Origin: an uncultured Bacteroidales bacterium
GTDB taxonomy: Bacteria; Bacteroidota; Bacteroidia; Bacteroidales; UBA12077
Length of the DNA: 62,802 nucleotides
Direction: 5' to 3'
NCBI GenBank assembly: GCA_964450375.1
Contig: CAYVEW010000005.1
Span: 1 to 62,802 of the forward strand
Part shown: in pieces, positions 54,492 through 62,802 of the stretch
Layout: every line of letters starts with the position of its first letter
Position numbering within the stretch: position 1 is the stretch's first letter
The notes under the pieces: generated by a model
Told to the model about the DNA's origin: nothing
Databases searched by the model: none
What the model saw: the letters and a program-made list of their open reading frames with translations, nothing else
Position numbers and translations under genes: made by a program

Positions 54492-56915
54492 TTATTCATA
54501 TCGTAATGATGATGCCGGATTTAAACGGGCTGCTTTTATCGTTCGGTAACTAATGGTTAATATGGCAATACTTATTGCTATGATAAAACCGGTTAAGAAA
54601 TCAAATATATTTAATGAAACCTTGTAGTAATAATTTTGCAGCCAATTCTGTGAAATGTAGTATACCAATGGCCATGCAATAAGCGTTGAAAAGGCAACCA
54701 GTACAACAATTTCTTTTGAAATAATAAAGAAAATATTTGCAACTGTAGCTCCCATTGCTTTCCTGATTCCAATTTCCTTTGTGCGTTGCTCTACCGTAAA
54801 CGAAGTAAGTCCAAATAGCCCAAGCGAAGCAATTACAATTGCTAAAATGGTAAATACAATGGATAGTTTGGCATTTTGTTGTTCTTTTATGTAGTTATGT
54901 TTTAAATCTTCGTCCATAAAAAAGTATTGCAATGGCTCATTTAAGGTAAACTCTTTCCATACTTCTTCAATTTTCTTTACTGTATTTGATGGTGCGTCTT
55001 TTGCCAGGCGTATACTTACGAAACCCCATAATATCTGGTCGTTTTTAAAACGAAACATATATGGCTCAATCCGGCTGTGTAAGGATCTGAAATGGAAATC
55101 TTCCACCACTCCGATTATGGGCATAAACCGAACATCATCCGGATTATCTGTTTGTATGTTAAACCTGGTTTCAAATGGCTTTTTCAATCCAAAATTTTGA
55201 ACGGCACTATAATTTACAATACATGCTTCTTGATCAGTGGCATGTTCCGGATCGAATAAGCGGCCATCTTTTAACTTAATTTTAAAGGTATCAAAGTAAT
55301 CATAATCAACCCAATTTGTTTCTAATATAAAAGATTCCTGATCTCTGCCTTCCATGGTATAACCATTACCATTATTATTATTCATTGGAGCTGCCGTTGA
55401 TGCACTTGCATTTATGACACCCGGTAATTTTATCAGTTCTTCTTTAAAGGTTTTAACTTTAGATCCCAGTACAGATGCTCTTCTAATAACCATTAAACGT
55501 TCTTTATCAAATCCCATATCTTTGTTAAGCATATAGTTAATTTGTTTAAATATGATTAAGGTTCCAATAATTAATATGATCGATATGGTAAACTGCAAAA
55601 CAACCAAAACACTCCTTAGTTTCCCGTTCTTCATGCTGTCTTTAACGCTTCCTTTTAATACCGATACGGGTTTAAACCTCGACAGGTAAAATGCGGGATA
55701 ACTCCCTGAGAGTAATCCTACAATAACTGAAATAGCTATTAAACCAGGTATGGTGTACCAGTTGGCAAAGTATTTGAGCTCTAAGTGTGAATTTAGAATA
55801 GAGTTAAAAAACGGGAGAGTTAGTTCAATAATCACGATAGCAATTGCAAGCGATAAAAAAGATAATACCAGTGATTCGGTTAAAAACTGGCTGATTAGCA
55901 TTCTTTTCGACGAACCACTAACTTTTTTTATACCCACTTCTTTAGCTCTTTTTGCAGCTTGAGCGGTTGATAAGTTCATAAAATTAATGGCAGCAATTAC
56001 TATAATTAAGATTGCAATGCCACCAAAAATGTATAAAAATTTCGGATCGCTTGCAGGTTTAACTTCATGTTCAATGCTGGGATCCAAATGTATGTCGGTT
56101 AATTTCTGAAGTTTTAAAGCATATTCGTTTCCCTTGTTTAAAAAATCGTCGAATGAAATTCCAAAATACTGTTCAATTACAGGACCCACATATTTTACCA
56201 ACATGGGATGAAACTTATCATTAACTGATTGTTCCATTGTGCCATCTCGCAGAAGTACATAAGTCGAGAAGCTGTTCGAAAGCCATTGGTTATCATTAGC
56301 ACGTCCGTTAGTAACAAAAGACCCAAGCATATTTGCATGGAAATGCGATAAGTCCTGAATATCCTGCATAACACCTGTTATTTTATATAAGGCGGTATCG
56401 GTACCTACTTTTATCATCTTATCAATCGGATCTTCATTTCCAAATATTTTCTTTGCTGTAGACTCGGATATGACCAGTTTGTAAGGTGCATTTAAAACAG
56501 TTTCCTTGTTTCCTTTAATTAACGGAATGGAAAATATTTTAAAAAATGCCGAATCTGCTTGAGCAAAAGAGCTTTCTGTAAAGTTCTGTTCGTTATATTT
56601 TACTACGGTTTCGCCCCAGAAATTCATTCTGCAAAAATCTTCTACTTCCGGAAACTCATCTTTCATGGTTGGAGCAATGGGGGTAGCTGTAGATGAAACA
56701 TGAGCTTCTTGACCGCCTATTTTACCATGTAAGTTCACTCTGAATATTCGGTCTTTTTTTTCGTGAAACTGATCGTAACTTAATTCATTAATAACAAATA
56801 AGGATATTAATAAACTGCATGCAATACCTATGGATAAACCAATAATATTTATCAGAACATAAGCTTTTTGTCTGTTTAATGCCCTGATACTGTGTTTTAA
56901 AATATTTTTTATCAT
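54492..56915 (-). CDS. MacB/FtsX-family ABC transporter permease (duplicated)
   Basis: INIIGLSIG, NFMNLSTA...KRAKEVGIKK..G, and EQRTKEIGIRKAMGA motifs. Confidence 0.93.
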   Translation of the reverse strand: MIKNILKHSIRALNRQKAYVLINIIGLSIGIACSLLISLFVINELSYDQFHEKKDRIFRVNLHGKIGGQEAHVSSTATPIAPTMKDEFPEVEDFCRMNFWGETVVKYNEQNFTESSFAQADSAFFKIFSIPLIKGNKETVLNAPYKLVISESTAKKIFGNEDPIDKMIKVGTDTALYKITGVMQDIQDLSHFHANMLGSFVTNGRANDNQWLSNSFSTYVLLRDGTMEQSVNDKFHPMLVKYVGPVIEQYFGISFDDFLNKGNEYALKLQKLTDIHLDPSIEHEVKPASDPKFLYIFGGIAILIIVIAAINFMNLSTAQAAKRAKEVGIKKVSGSSKRMLISQFLTESLVLSFLSLAIAIVIIELTLPFFNSILNSHLELKYFANWYTIPGLIAISVIVGLLSGSYPAFYLSRFKPVSVLKGSVKDSMKNGKLRSVLVVLQFTISIILIIGTLIIFKQINYMLNKDMGFDKERLMVIRRASVLGSKVKTFKEELIKLPGVINASASTAAPMNNNNGNGYTMEGRDQESFILETNWVDYDYFDTFKIKLKDGRLFDPEHATDQEACIVNYSAVQNFGLKKPFETRFNIQTDNPDDVRFMPIIGVVEDFHFRSLHSRIEPYMFRFKNDQILWGFVSIRLAKDAPSNTVKKIEEVWKEFTLNEPLQYFFMDEDLKHNYIKEQQNAKLSIVFTILAIVIASLGLFGLTSFTVEQRTKEIGIRKAMGATVANIFFIISKEIVVLVAFSTLIAWPLVYYISQNWLQNYYYKVSLNIFDFLTGFIIAISIAILTISYRTIKAARLNPASSLRYE

Positions 56916-56977
56916 AGTAAAGAGTTGTACTTTTAGTTTAAAATTATTTGTATTAGTAATCTGTTATTATAGAAATA

Positions 56978-57004
56978 AGACGATTTAATAAGATTCTGGT
57001 TACA
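56978..57004 (-). promoter_or_regulatory. ECF-type promoter TGTAAC-N16-CGTCT upstream of the permease
   Basis: Minus strand tgtaac-cagaatcttattaaat-cgtctta; lies next to a divergent ECF sigma gene. Confidence 0.55.
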
Positions 57005-57062
57005 GTTTTTAAATTTTTTTTATTTGAGTGCAATAATTTGAGATTAATCCGTCAGGGATAAT

Positions 57063-57629
57063 ATGAATGCACAAAAAGAAAATAAAAGTTTAAGGTGGTT
57101 CATTTCATCCGAATATCGAAACATAGTAAAGTATGTAAAAAGATATTTGAATGAGAAATACTATGAGGTAAGCGCCGAAGATGTTGTGCAGGATGTTGCC
57201 GTTAACCTATTTTCGAAATTAGATTTAGATGAGCAATTGGAAAATATAGCTGCTTATGTTTACCGATCTGTTAAAAATAAAATAACGGATGTTCGAAGGA
57301 AGAAAAACAATGAAGTCCCTTTTGAACGTTTTACTGATGATGAAGGAAATGAATTTATATTAAACAAAGCAGCCGTTTCGTCGGAATTGATTTTTAAAGA
57401 AATTGATGACTCGAAATTTTATAACACAATAAACACTGCATTAAGCAAATTAAATCCGAATCAGCAAATGGTATTTGTAGCTACCGAATTCGAAGGATAC
57501 ACATTTGAAGAATTATCGGACGAATTAGATATACCCATTGGGACACTCTTGTCGTGGAAACACCGTGGAGTTAAAAGATTAAAAGAACTCATCAGGCCTG
57601 ATGATTTATACAGAGAAACAATTGAATAA
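57063..57629 (+). CDS. ECF RNA polymerase sigma factor
   Basis: AEDVVQDV, AAYVYRSVKNKITD and L..L...QQMVFVATEFEGYTFEELS....IPIGTLLS motifs. Confidence 0.92.
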   Translation: MNAQKENKSLRWFISSEYRNIVKYVKRYLNEKYYEVSAEDVVQDVAVNLFSKLDLDEQLENIAAYVYRSVKNKITDVRRKKNNEVPFERFTDDEGNEFILNKAAVSSELIFKEIDDSKFYNTINTALSKLNPNQQMVFVATEFEGYTFEELSDELDIPIGTLLSWKHRGVKRLKELIRPDDLYRETIE

Positions 57630-57656
57630 TTTTTAAAAAATAAAAAATAAAAAGAC

Positions 57657-58070
57657 ATGGAACGAGTATATTCAAACGAACGAACCAATCCACTTTTAAA
57701 AGGATTAAAATTTATAGGATTTATCATATTAGGAGCTTTGGCAGCAGCCGGATTTGCTTTTTTATTCGGGTATTTTGTCATGTTGTTATGGAACTGGTTA
57801 ATGCCCGAAATTTTCGGATTGATAACCATAAGTTTTTGGCAGGCAGCAGGAATCGTTTTACTTGCCCGGCTCATATTTGGCGGGTTTAAACATGGGCATG
57901 ACCATTCCAAAAAGCATTCGCCAAGAGAAGAATTTACCAGCAGATGGAAGCGCGAATTTAAAAAAGAGCATAAAACCGGTAATTGGAGATACTTTGATGA
58001 TTACTGGTGGCAAGAAGGAGAAAAATCTTTTAATGATTATGTTGAACGCCGAAAGGAACAAGAACAATAA
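57657..58070 (+). CDS. Conserved small membrane protein downstream of the ECF sigma
   Basis: VMLLWNWLMPEIFGL..ISFWQA.GI.LL..LIFGG pattern followed by a charged His-rich tail. Confidence 0.8.
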   Translation: MERVYSNERTNPLLKGLKFIGFIILGALAAAGFAFLFGYFVMLLWNWLMPEIFGLITISFWQAAGIVLLARLIFGGFKHGHDHSKKHSPREEFTSRWKREFKKEHKTGNWRYFDDYWWQEGEKSFNDYVERRKEQEQ

Positions 58071-58082
58071 TTAATTAAAAGA

Positions 58083-58251
58083 TGGTGTCCAAAAATGAAT
58101 GATTTCGCCACAAACCAGCCTGCCGGCATAGCAGGGGCTCAAAGACATAATATTTCACAAAGAGCTAATTTGTTGATAGCATGCGCTTTGTGATTCTTAA
58201 TTCTTAGCGTCTTAGTGGCTAACTTAATAATTCATTGGTTTTTGAACATCC
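58083..58251. mobile_element. Degenerate MITE/REP-like nested inverted-repeat element
   Basis: Outer imperfect inverted repeat (10/13), gccacaaa/ttagtggc, tcacaaagagc/gcgctttgtga (10/11) and an embedded cctgc...gcagg palindrome; no ORF. Confidence 0.45.
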
Positions 58252-58331
58252 CCGTGTTTATTTATAGAAATGCTTCCTTTTTACCAAATTCCTTTTTTAA
58301 TAAGTTATCATAAGTATGTTGTGTTTAATAT

Positions 58332-59120
58332 TTGTTTATTTTTATAAAAAAGACTTTTGGTGTGATCAAGTGTTTATATAAAAAACTAATTCCGGAAAAA
58401 ACCAGAATTGAGCTTATCTACTTAAAAAACAGGATTAAAGCATGGTTTCTGAAAGGGGATAAGTATTACTGCAATTGTTGTAATAAAAGTTTTCGTCAAT
58501 TTCTTCCTAAAGGTAATGTGCCGCGCGATCATGCGATGTGTCCAAACTGCATGTCGTTAGAACGTACAAGACTGTTAATGGAGTATTTAAAGAATGAAAC
58601 TGGAGTTTTTACAAATAGACTGAAAGTATTGCATTTTGCTCCTGAAAAATGCTTGTTCGATCAGTTAATCAAACAAAATATAGAATACATCGATGGCGAC
58701 TTAAACCCTTTGTTTGCAAGAAATGTAATCGATATAACAAACATCCCGTATCCTGATAATTATTTTGATCTAATTATTTGTTCGCACGTATTAGGGCATG
58801 TTTCAGATGAAAAAAAGGCATTAGCTGAACTAAAGCGTGTTCTTTCGGGCAGTGGATTTGCTATTATCATGTCGCTTATTGATTTTAATAGTGCTGAAAC
58901 TTACGAGAATCCCGCAATAGTAACAAAAGCAGAAAAGCTGGAACATTATGGAGAGCCTGATTTGGAAAGGTTATACGGTAGAGATTTCCCGAATCGACTC
59001 GAAGATTCAGGTTTTCGGGTAGAAATAATTGATTACCGAAACAAGTTAGAGCCTGGCTTAAAAGCTAAGCTTAATACAGGCGATGGAAGCCGGGAAGTCA
59101 TTTTTAGATGTGCTAAATAA
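58332..59120 (+). CDS. Class I SAM-dependent methyltransferase with N-terminal Cys4 (zinc-ribbon-like) motif
   Basis: YCNCC...CPNC.SLER.RLL, LHFAPE, DITNIPY.DN.FD.IICSHVL motifs. Start is uncertain. Confidence 0.85.
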   Translation: MFIFIKKTFGVIKCLYKKLIPEKTRIELIYLKNRIKAWFLKGDKYYCNCCNKSFRQFLPKGNVPRDHAMCPNCMSLERTRLLMEYLKNETGVFTNRLKVLHFAPEKCLFDQLIKQNIEYIDGDLNPLFARNVIDITNIPYPDNYFDLIICSHVLGHVSDEKKALAELKRVLSGSGFAIIMSLIDFNSAETYENPAIVTKAEKLEHYGEPDLERLYGRDFPNRLEDSGFRVEIIDYRNKLEPGLKAKLNTGDGSREVIFRCAK

Positions 59121-59127
59121 TAATAAT

Positions 59128-59631
59128 ATGGCAAAGATTTATTTTTCAGAAAATCAAAAAGTTAACTTGGGGTGGAAATGGATTTTTTTTATTTCTCTTT
59201 ATGTGGCTTTAATTTGGGCTTTGTTGGAAAATACAAATCCTGATTCTAATTCTAATCCTGATCTGCAAGCAGTTATAGCCATCTCTTTTAGTATGGTGGC
59301 TATTGTTATTTTTAATGTGTTAACTGTTTTAATGCATCTGGAAACCACCATCGACGAAAATAAAATATCCGTGCGTTTCAAACCCTTTCATCGAAAACCT
59401 AAATCTTTTCGTTGGGATGAGATCGAAGATTTTTATATTCGTTATTATAAACCTGTAAGAGATTATGGTTCTTATGGAATCCAAAGAAATATTAAACACG
59501 GACTGGCTTATATTGTGTCTGGAAAATACGGACTACAGTTATTACTTAAAAGTGGTAAGAAAGTATTAATAGGTACACAAAAAATCAAAGAATTAGAAAG
59601 AATAGTTGATTTAATTAAAACAAAACGATAG
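59128..59631 (+). CDS. Hypothetical membrane protein (two TM helices plus PH-like C-terminus)
   Basis: F.E.Q N-terminus, two hydrophobic helices, YKPVRDYGSYGI and G..GLQL.LK.GKK.LIGTQK. Start moved to ATG 59128. Confidence 0.75.
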   Translation: MAKIYFSENQKVNLGWKWIFFISLYVALIWALLENTNPDSNSNPDLQAVIAISFSMVAIVIFNVLTVLMHLETTIDENKISVRFKPFHRKPKSFRWDEIEDFYIRYYKPVRDYGSYGIQRNIKHGLAYIVSGKYGLQLLLKSGKKVLIGTQKIKELERIVDLIKTKR

Positions 59632-59742
59632 ATTATCGGTATATAAAAGTCAAATAAACAGAGTATGATTTAACATTAAAATGCTTAAATTGTTCTTGTA
59701 AATAGTATATAGAAAATTTATAAAAGTAATTTGTAAACTCTT

Positions 59743-61977
59743 ATGAGCGAATTAATTATTGTTGGCCTGCTGCAGAATATCGCAATTCTCTTAGCATTTA
59801 GTATGCTTTACGATTACGTTTGGGTAAAGGCCGAAGAAAATAAAAGTATTCTTACCAAAGTTATTACAGGAATTGTTCTCGGATTCATAGGTATTGTACT
59901 TATGCTTACACCATGGACCTTGTATCCGGGCGTGGTTTTCGATACCAGGTCAATTATGCTTGCTGTTTCGGGTTTATTTTTTGGTGGTATTCCAACTGCG
60001 GTTGCTATTCTTTTAACATCGGCTTACCGAATTTTTATGGGTGGCGATGGCATGCTCATGGGTATAGCAGTAATTCTTACTTCAGGTATTATTGGGATTG
60101 TATGGGGTAAATTAAGTAATGAAAAAAAATACACCAAGCCACTACAGCTTTATTACCTTGGATTTGCAGCACACATAACCATGTTGCTCTGTACTTTATT
60201 TCTTCCTTCGGACAAAGCATTGGACACTTTAAAAACAATTGCCATTCCGGTAATGGTGTTATATCCCTTAGGTACCATGTTGTTGGGGCGTATATTAGCA
60301 AAACAAAAACAAAGCTGGATAAATAAAAAAGCTTTACACGAAAGTGAGCAACGATGGTTATTTGCTTTGGAAGGAAGTGGCGACGGTGTGTGGGACTGGA
60401 ATATTAAAACCAACGAAGTTTATTATTCGAAGCAATGGAAAACCATGTTGGGGTACGAAGAGCATGAAATTGAAGATTCCTTGGCGGAATGGGATAAACG
60501 TGTTCATCCTGATGATAAGGATGATGTTTATAAGGACTTAAAGCTACATATGGATGGAAAAACAGATCATTATTCGAATGAGCATCGGGTATTGTGTAAA
60601 GATGGAAGCTATAAGTGGATTTTAGACAGAGGGAAAATAATGGAGCGTGATGAAAATAATAAACCTTTACGCATTATTGGTACACATAAAGATATTTCTG
60701 AAAGTAAGAAGTACGAAGAAAAACTAAAACAGAGTAACGAAGAATATATCTCCTTAAACGAAGAATATATATCACAAAACGAAGAGTTGGAAGAGAACCT
60801 GGAAAGGACAGAAAAATTAATAGCTGAGCTTGAAGTTGCTAAAAAACGAGCCGAAGAAAGCGATCGATTAAAATCGGCCTTCCTGGCTAATATGAGTCAT
60901 GAGATTCGAACACCAATGAATTCAATTATTGGATTTTCTGAACTTTTGGGTAAAGGAGCGAGCCAGAAAAAAGCAAACACGTATCTTAATTTTATAAAAA
61001 GTGCGGGTAAAAACCTGCTCAGGCTTATTGATGACATTATTGATATTTCGAAAATTGAATCGAACTTATTAAGTATCGAAGAGGATTGGTGCAATGTGAG
61101 CCAACTTCTTGAAGAGTCGGTGCTTTATTATAAGCAAACGGATATCTTTAAATCAAAGGATAAAGTAAAACTGGAATTTGAGCCTAATAATAAATTAGCA
61201 GATCTTATCTTAAAAACAGACCCCATTAGGCTAAGGCAAGTAGTAAACAACTTGATTTCCAATGCCGTTAAAAATACGGATCGTGGATATGTTAAGGTAT
61301 CGTATTTCATTAACCAAAGCAATGATCAATTACTTATTAAGGTTCAGGATACCGGAATTGGAATAAGAAAGGAAGATCAGCAAAAAATTTTCAACCGGTT
61401 TATTCAATCCGATTCCGATAAGGCAAGGATGAAAATGGGAACCGGGCTGGGGCTTAGCATTAGTAAAGGATTACTCGATTTAATGAAAGGAGGCATTGAA
61501 GTTGAATCGGAATTGGGCAAAGGTTCTGTTTTTACCATTTCGCTGCCATTAATTACATTAAACGATCAGCGTAAAACAGAACATTTGGATCCGGCAGTTG
61601 AATCGGAGTATGATTTTTCGGATAAACTCATTTACATTGCCGAAGATGATATCGCATCCTATTTATTAATTGAAGAAGTGCTGGCCGAAACCGGAGCTCA
61701 ATTAAAGCATGCAATCAATGGGTCTGTTTTACTCGATTTAATGAATGAAAAGCAACCCGATTTAATACTTTTGGATATTAATATGCCGGTAATGAATGGT
61801 TTTGAGTTTTTAGAAAAACTAAAGCAGTTAAAACTAGATATTCCTATAGTTGCACAAACCGCTTACGCCATGAAAAATGAGCGCGAACAGTGTTTAAATG
61901 CCGGCTGTACAAGTTACATTTCCAAACCCATCCATGCAGATGAGTTGTTGGATATTTTAGCATGGAACTTTAAGTAA
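59743..61977 (+). CDS. Hybrid sensor histidine kinase (5TM LytS-type, PAS, HisKA, HATPase, REC)
   Basis: FDTRSIML..SGLFFG, GDGVWDW PAS, FLANMSHEIRTPMN, NLISNAVK, GTGLGLSI and LLDINMP motifs. Confidence 0.94.
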   Translation: MSELIIVGLLQNIAILLAFSMLYDYVWVKAEENKSILTKVITGIVLGFIGIVLMLTPWTLYPGVVFDTRSIMLAVSGLFFGGIPTAVAILLTSAYRIFMGGDGMLMGIAVILTSGIIGIVWGKLSNEKKYTKPLQLYYLGFAAHITMLLCTLFLPSDKALDTLKTIAIPVMVLYPLGTMLLGRILAKQKQSWINKKALHESEQRWLFALEGSGDGVWDWNIKTNEVYYSKQWKTMLGYEEHEIEDSLAEWDKRVHPDDKDDVYKDLKLHMDGKTDHYSNEHRVLCKDGSYKWILDRGKIMERDENNKPLRIIGTHKDISESKKYEEKLKQSNEEYISLNEEYISQNEELEENLERTEKLIAELEVAKKRAEESDRLKSAFLANMSHEIRTPMNSIIGFSELLGKGASQKKANTYLNFIKSAGKNLLRLIDDIIDISKIESNLLSIEEDWCNVSQLLEESVLYYKQTDIFKSKDKVKLEFEPNNKLADLILKTDPIRLRQVVNNLISNAVKNTDRGYVKVSYFINQSNDQLLIKVQDTGIGIRKEDQQKIFNRFIQSDSDKARMKMGTGLGLSISKGLLDLMKGGIEVESELGKGSVFTISLPLITLNDQRKTEHLDPAVESEYDFSDKLIYIAEDDIASYLLIEEVLAETGAQLKHAINGSVLLDLMNEKQPDLILLDINMPVMNGFEFLEKLKQLKLDIPIVAQTAYAMKNEREQCLNAGCTSYISKPIHADELLDILAWNFK

Positions 61978-62010
61978 TAGGGAATTTGATCAAAAAAAAC
62001 GATTGATAAA

Positions 62011-62073
62011 AAGGCCTGCAAAAAGGTAGAAAATATAGAATGCATTCCAGTTTTCTAATTTTTTGCAGGCCTT
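62011..62073. repeat. 63-bp nested inverted repeat between convergent genes
   Basis: Perfect 14-bp arms aaggcctgcaaaaa/tttttgcaggcctt, inner tagaaaa/ttttcta and a central gaatgcattc palindrome. Confidence 0.7.
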
Positions 62074-62086
62074 CAGTAATACTTTC

Positions 62087-62802
62087 TTAGAATAATTTAT
62101 CTAATACTTCTTTGATTGTTTCTAAATCGGGATTTATTTCAAAAACATGCGAAGGTTTTAAATAAACAATTTTATTTTCTCGTTTAAATTTCTCTTCGCC
62201 ACCACCGGTAATATTCAGCATAATTAAAGCATCTTTTTCAACAGTTCCATTTTCAACAGCTTTCATTAAGCTTGCTGTGGCAACGGCCGATGCAGGATGA
62301 ATATCATTACCTTCCAGTTTTTCGAACAACTCACCAGCTTCTTTTAGTTCCTGATTATTTGCAGTAAGAACATCGCCACCAGCATCTTTCATAGCATCGT
62401 ATAATCCGCCAATAATAGGGTATGGGGGCTTTCTGTTCGATAAAACTTTTGCAATTATGGTTTCTACTTTTTTACGGGCATCATGATCGTCCATTGGCAG
62501 GAGTTCTCTCGAGTCTGCTCGCCATGCTTCCTGCAAGATTACAAATGGTTCGTTTTGCGATACCATCAGTTTCATTTTGTTCGTTCCAAAACGCCCGTCT
62601 TCAAGTAAACGAAGGTTTGCTTCCCAGGCGGCTATTGCTCCCGTACCACTACCTACAGCCTGGAAATAATAATCAGGAATTTTACCAATTTCATCGGCTG
62701 CCGATAAAACGGTTGTTGCCATTCCGTCGCGTCGGGCAACATTTTTCGCCCCACCTTCGGCAAAGAAATTATCTAACTGGCATGCCAGGTTAGATAAATG
62801 TA
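62087..62802 (-). CDS. Cysteate synthase (threonine synthase-like PLP enzyme), 5' partial
   Basis: Frame is open to the window edge: FFAEGGAKNVARRDGM, IPDYYFQAVGSGTGAIAAWEA, VLSNRKPPY and LNITGGG. Confidence 0.85.
   Translation of the reverse strand, partial: HLSNLACQLDNFFAEGGAKNVARRDGMATTVLSAADEIGKIPDYYFQAVGSGTGAIAAWEANLRLLEDGRFGTNKMKLMVSQNEPFVILQEAWRADSRELLPMDDHDARKKVETIIAKVLSNRKPPYPIIGGLYDAMKDAGGDVLTANNQELKEAGELFEKLEGNDIHPASAVATASLMKAVENGTVEKDALIMLNITGGGEEKFKRENKIVYLKPSHVFEINPDLETIKEVLDKLF

Noticed and set aside
780-62793. Many short antisense or alternate-frame ORFs in the track (e.g. 780-1310, 4907-5314, 9032-9409, 16363-16851, 46439-46762, 57461-57910, 62422-62793)
   Set aside because: They lie inside or opposite well-supported genes and carry no recognisable motifs; they are shadow ORFs.

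Overview
62.8 kb of AT-rich chromosomal DNA from a Bacteroidota bacterium, probably Bacteroidales/Marinilabiliales-like. The taxon call rests on TTTG-N19-TAnnTTTG promoters, an ECF/FecR pair and Bacteroidetes-type hypothetical proteins. Content is mostly housekeeping and metabolism: dnaN (5' partial), DnaQ-like exonuclease, mqnA, purB, mnmA, tRNA-Ser(TGA), HU, htpG, aminotransferases, mltG, murB, ggt, sucA/sucB, three-gene pntAB, a CobB sirtuin and a partial cysteate synthase. I found no transposase, integrase, reverse transcriptase, prophage, CRISPR array or rRNA. The best candidates for undescribed biology are: (1) a probable operon SiaC - DUF4476x3 - REC - PAS/PP2C/REC with no adjacent SiaB kinase or SiaD cyclase; (2) an intact but catalytically stripped, stand-alone LeuD homolog divergent from a helical-repeat protein, with a 3x9-bp repeat between them; (3) an ECF sigma - FecR - TonB-C module with no TonB-dependent receptor and a duplicated TAGGG-N17-CGTT promoter; (4) a structured 5' leader directly behind an ECF-type promoter; (5) two related heptamer arrays that fill intergenic gaps, plus REP/MITE-like elements; (6) a four-Cys tail on the 2-oxoglutarate dehydrogenase E1. 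Family names come from motif recognition only; no database search was run. Several ORF-track starts were moved to more plausible downstream ATGs.
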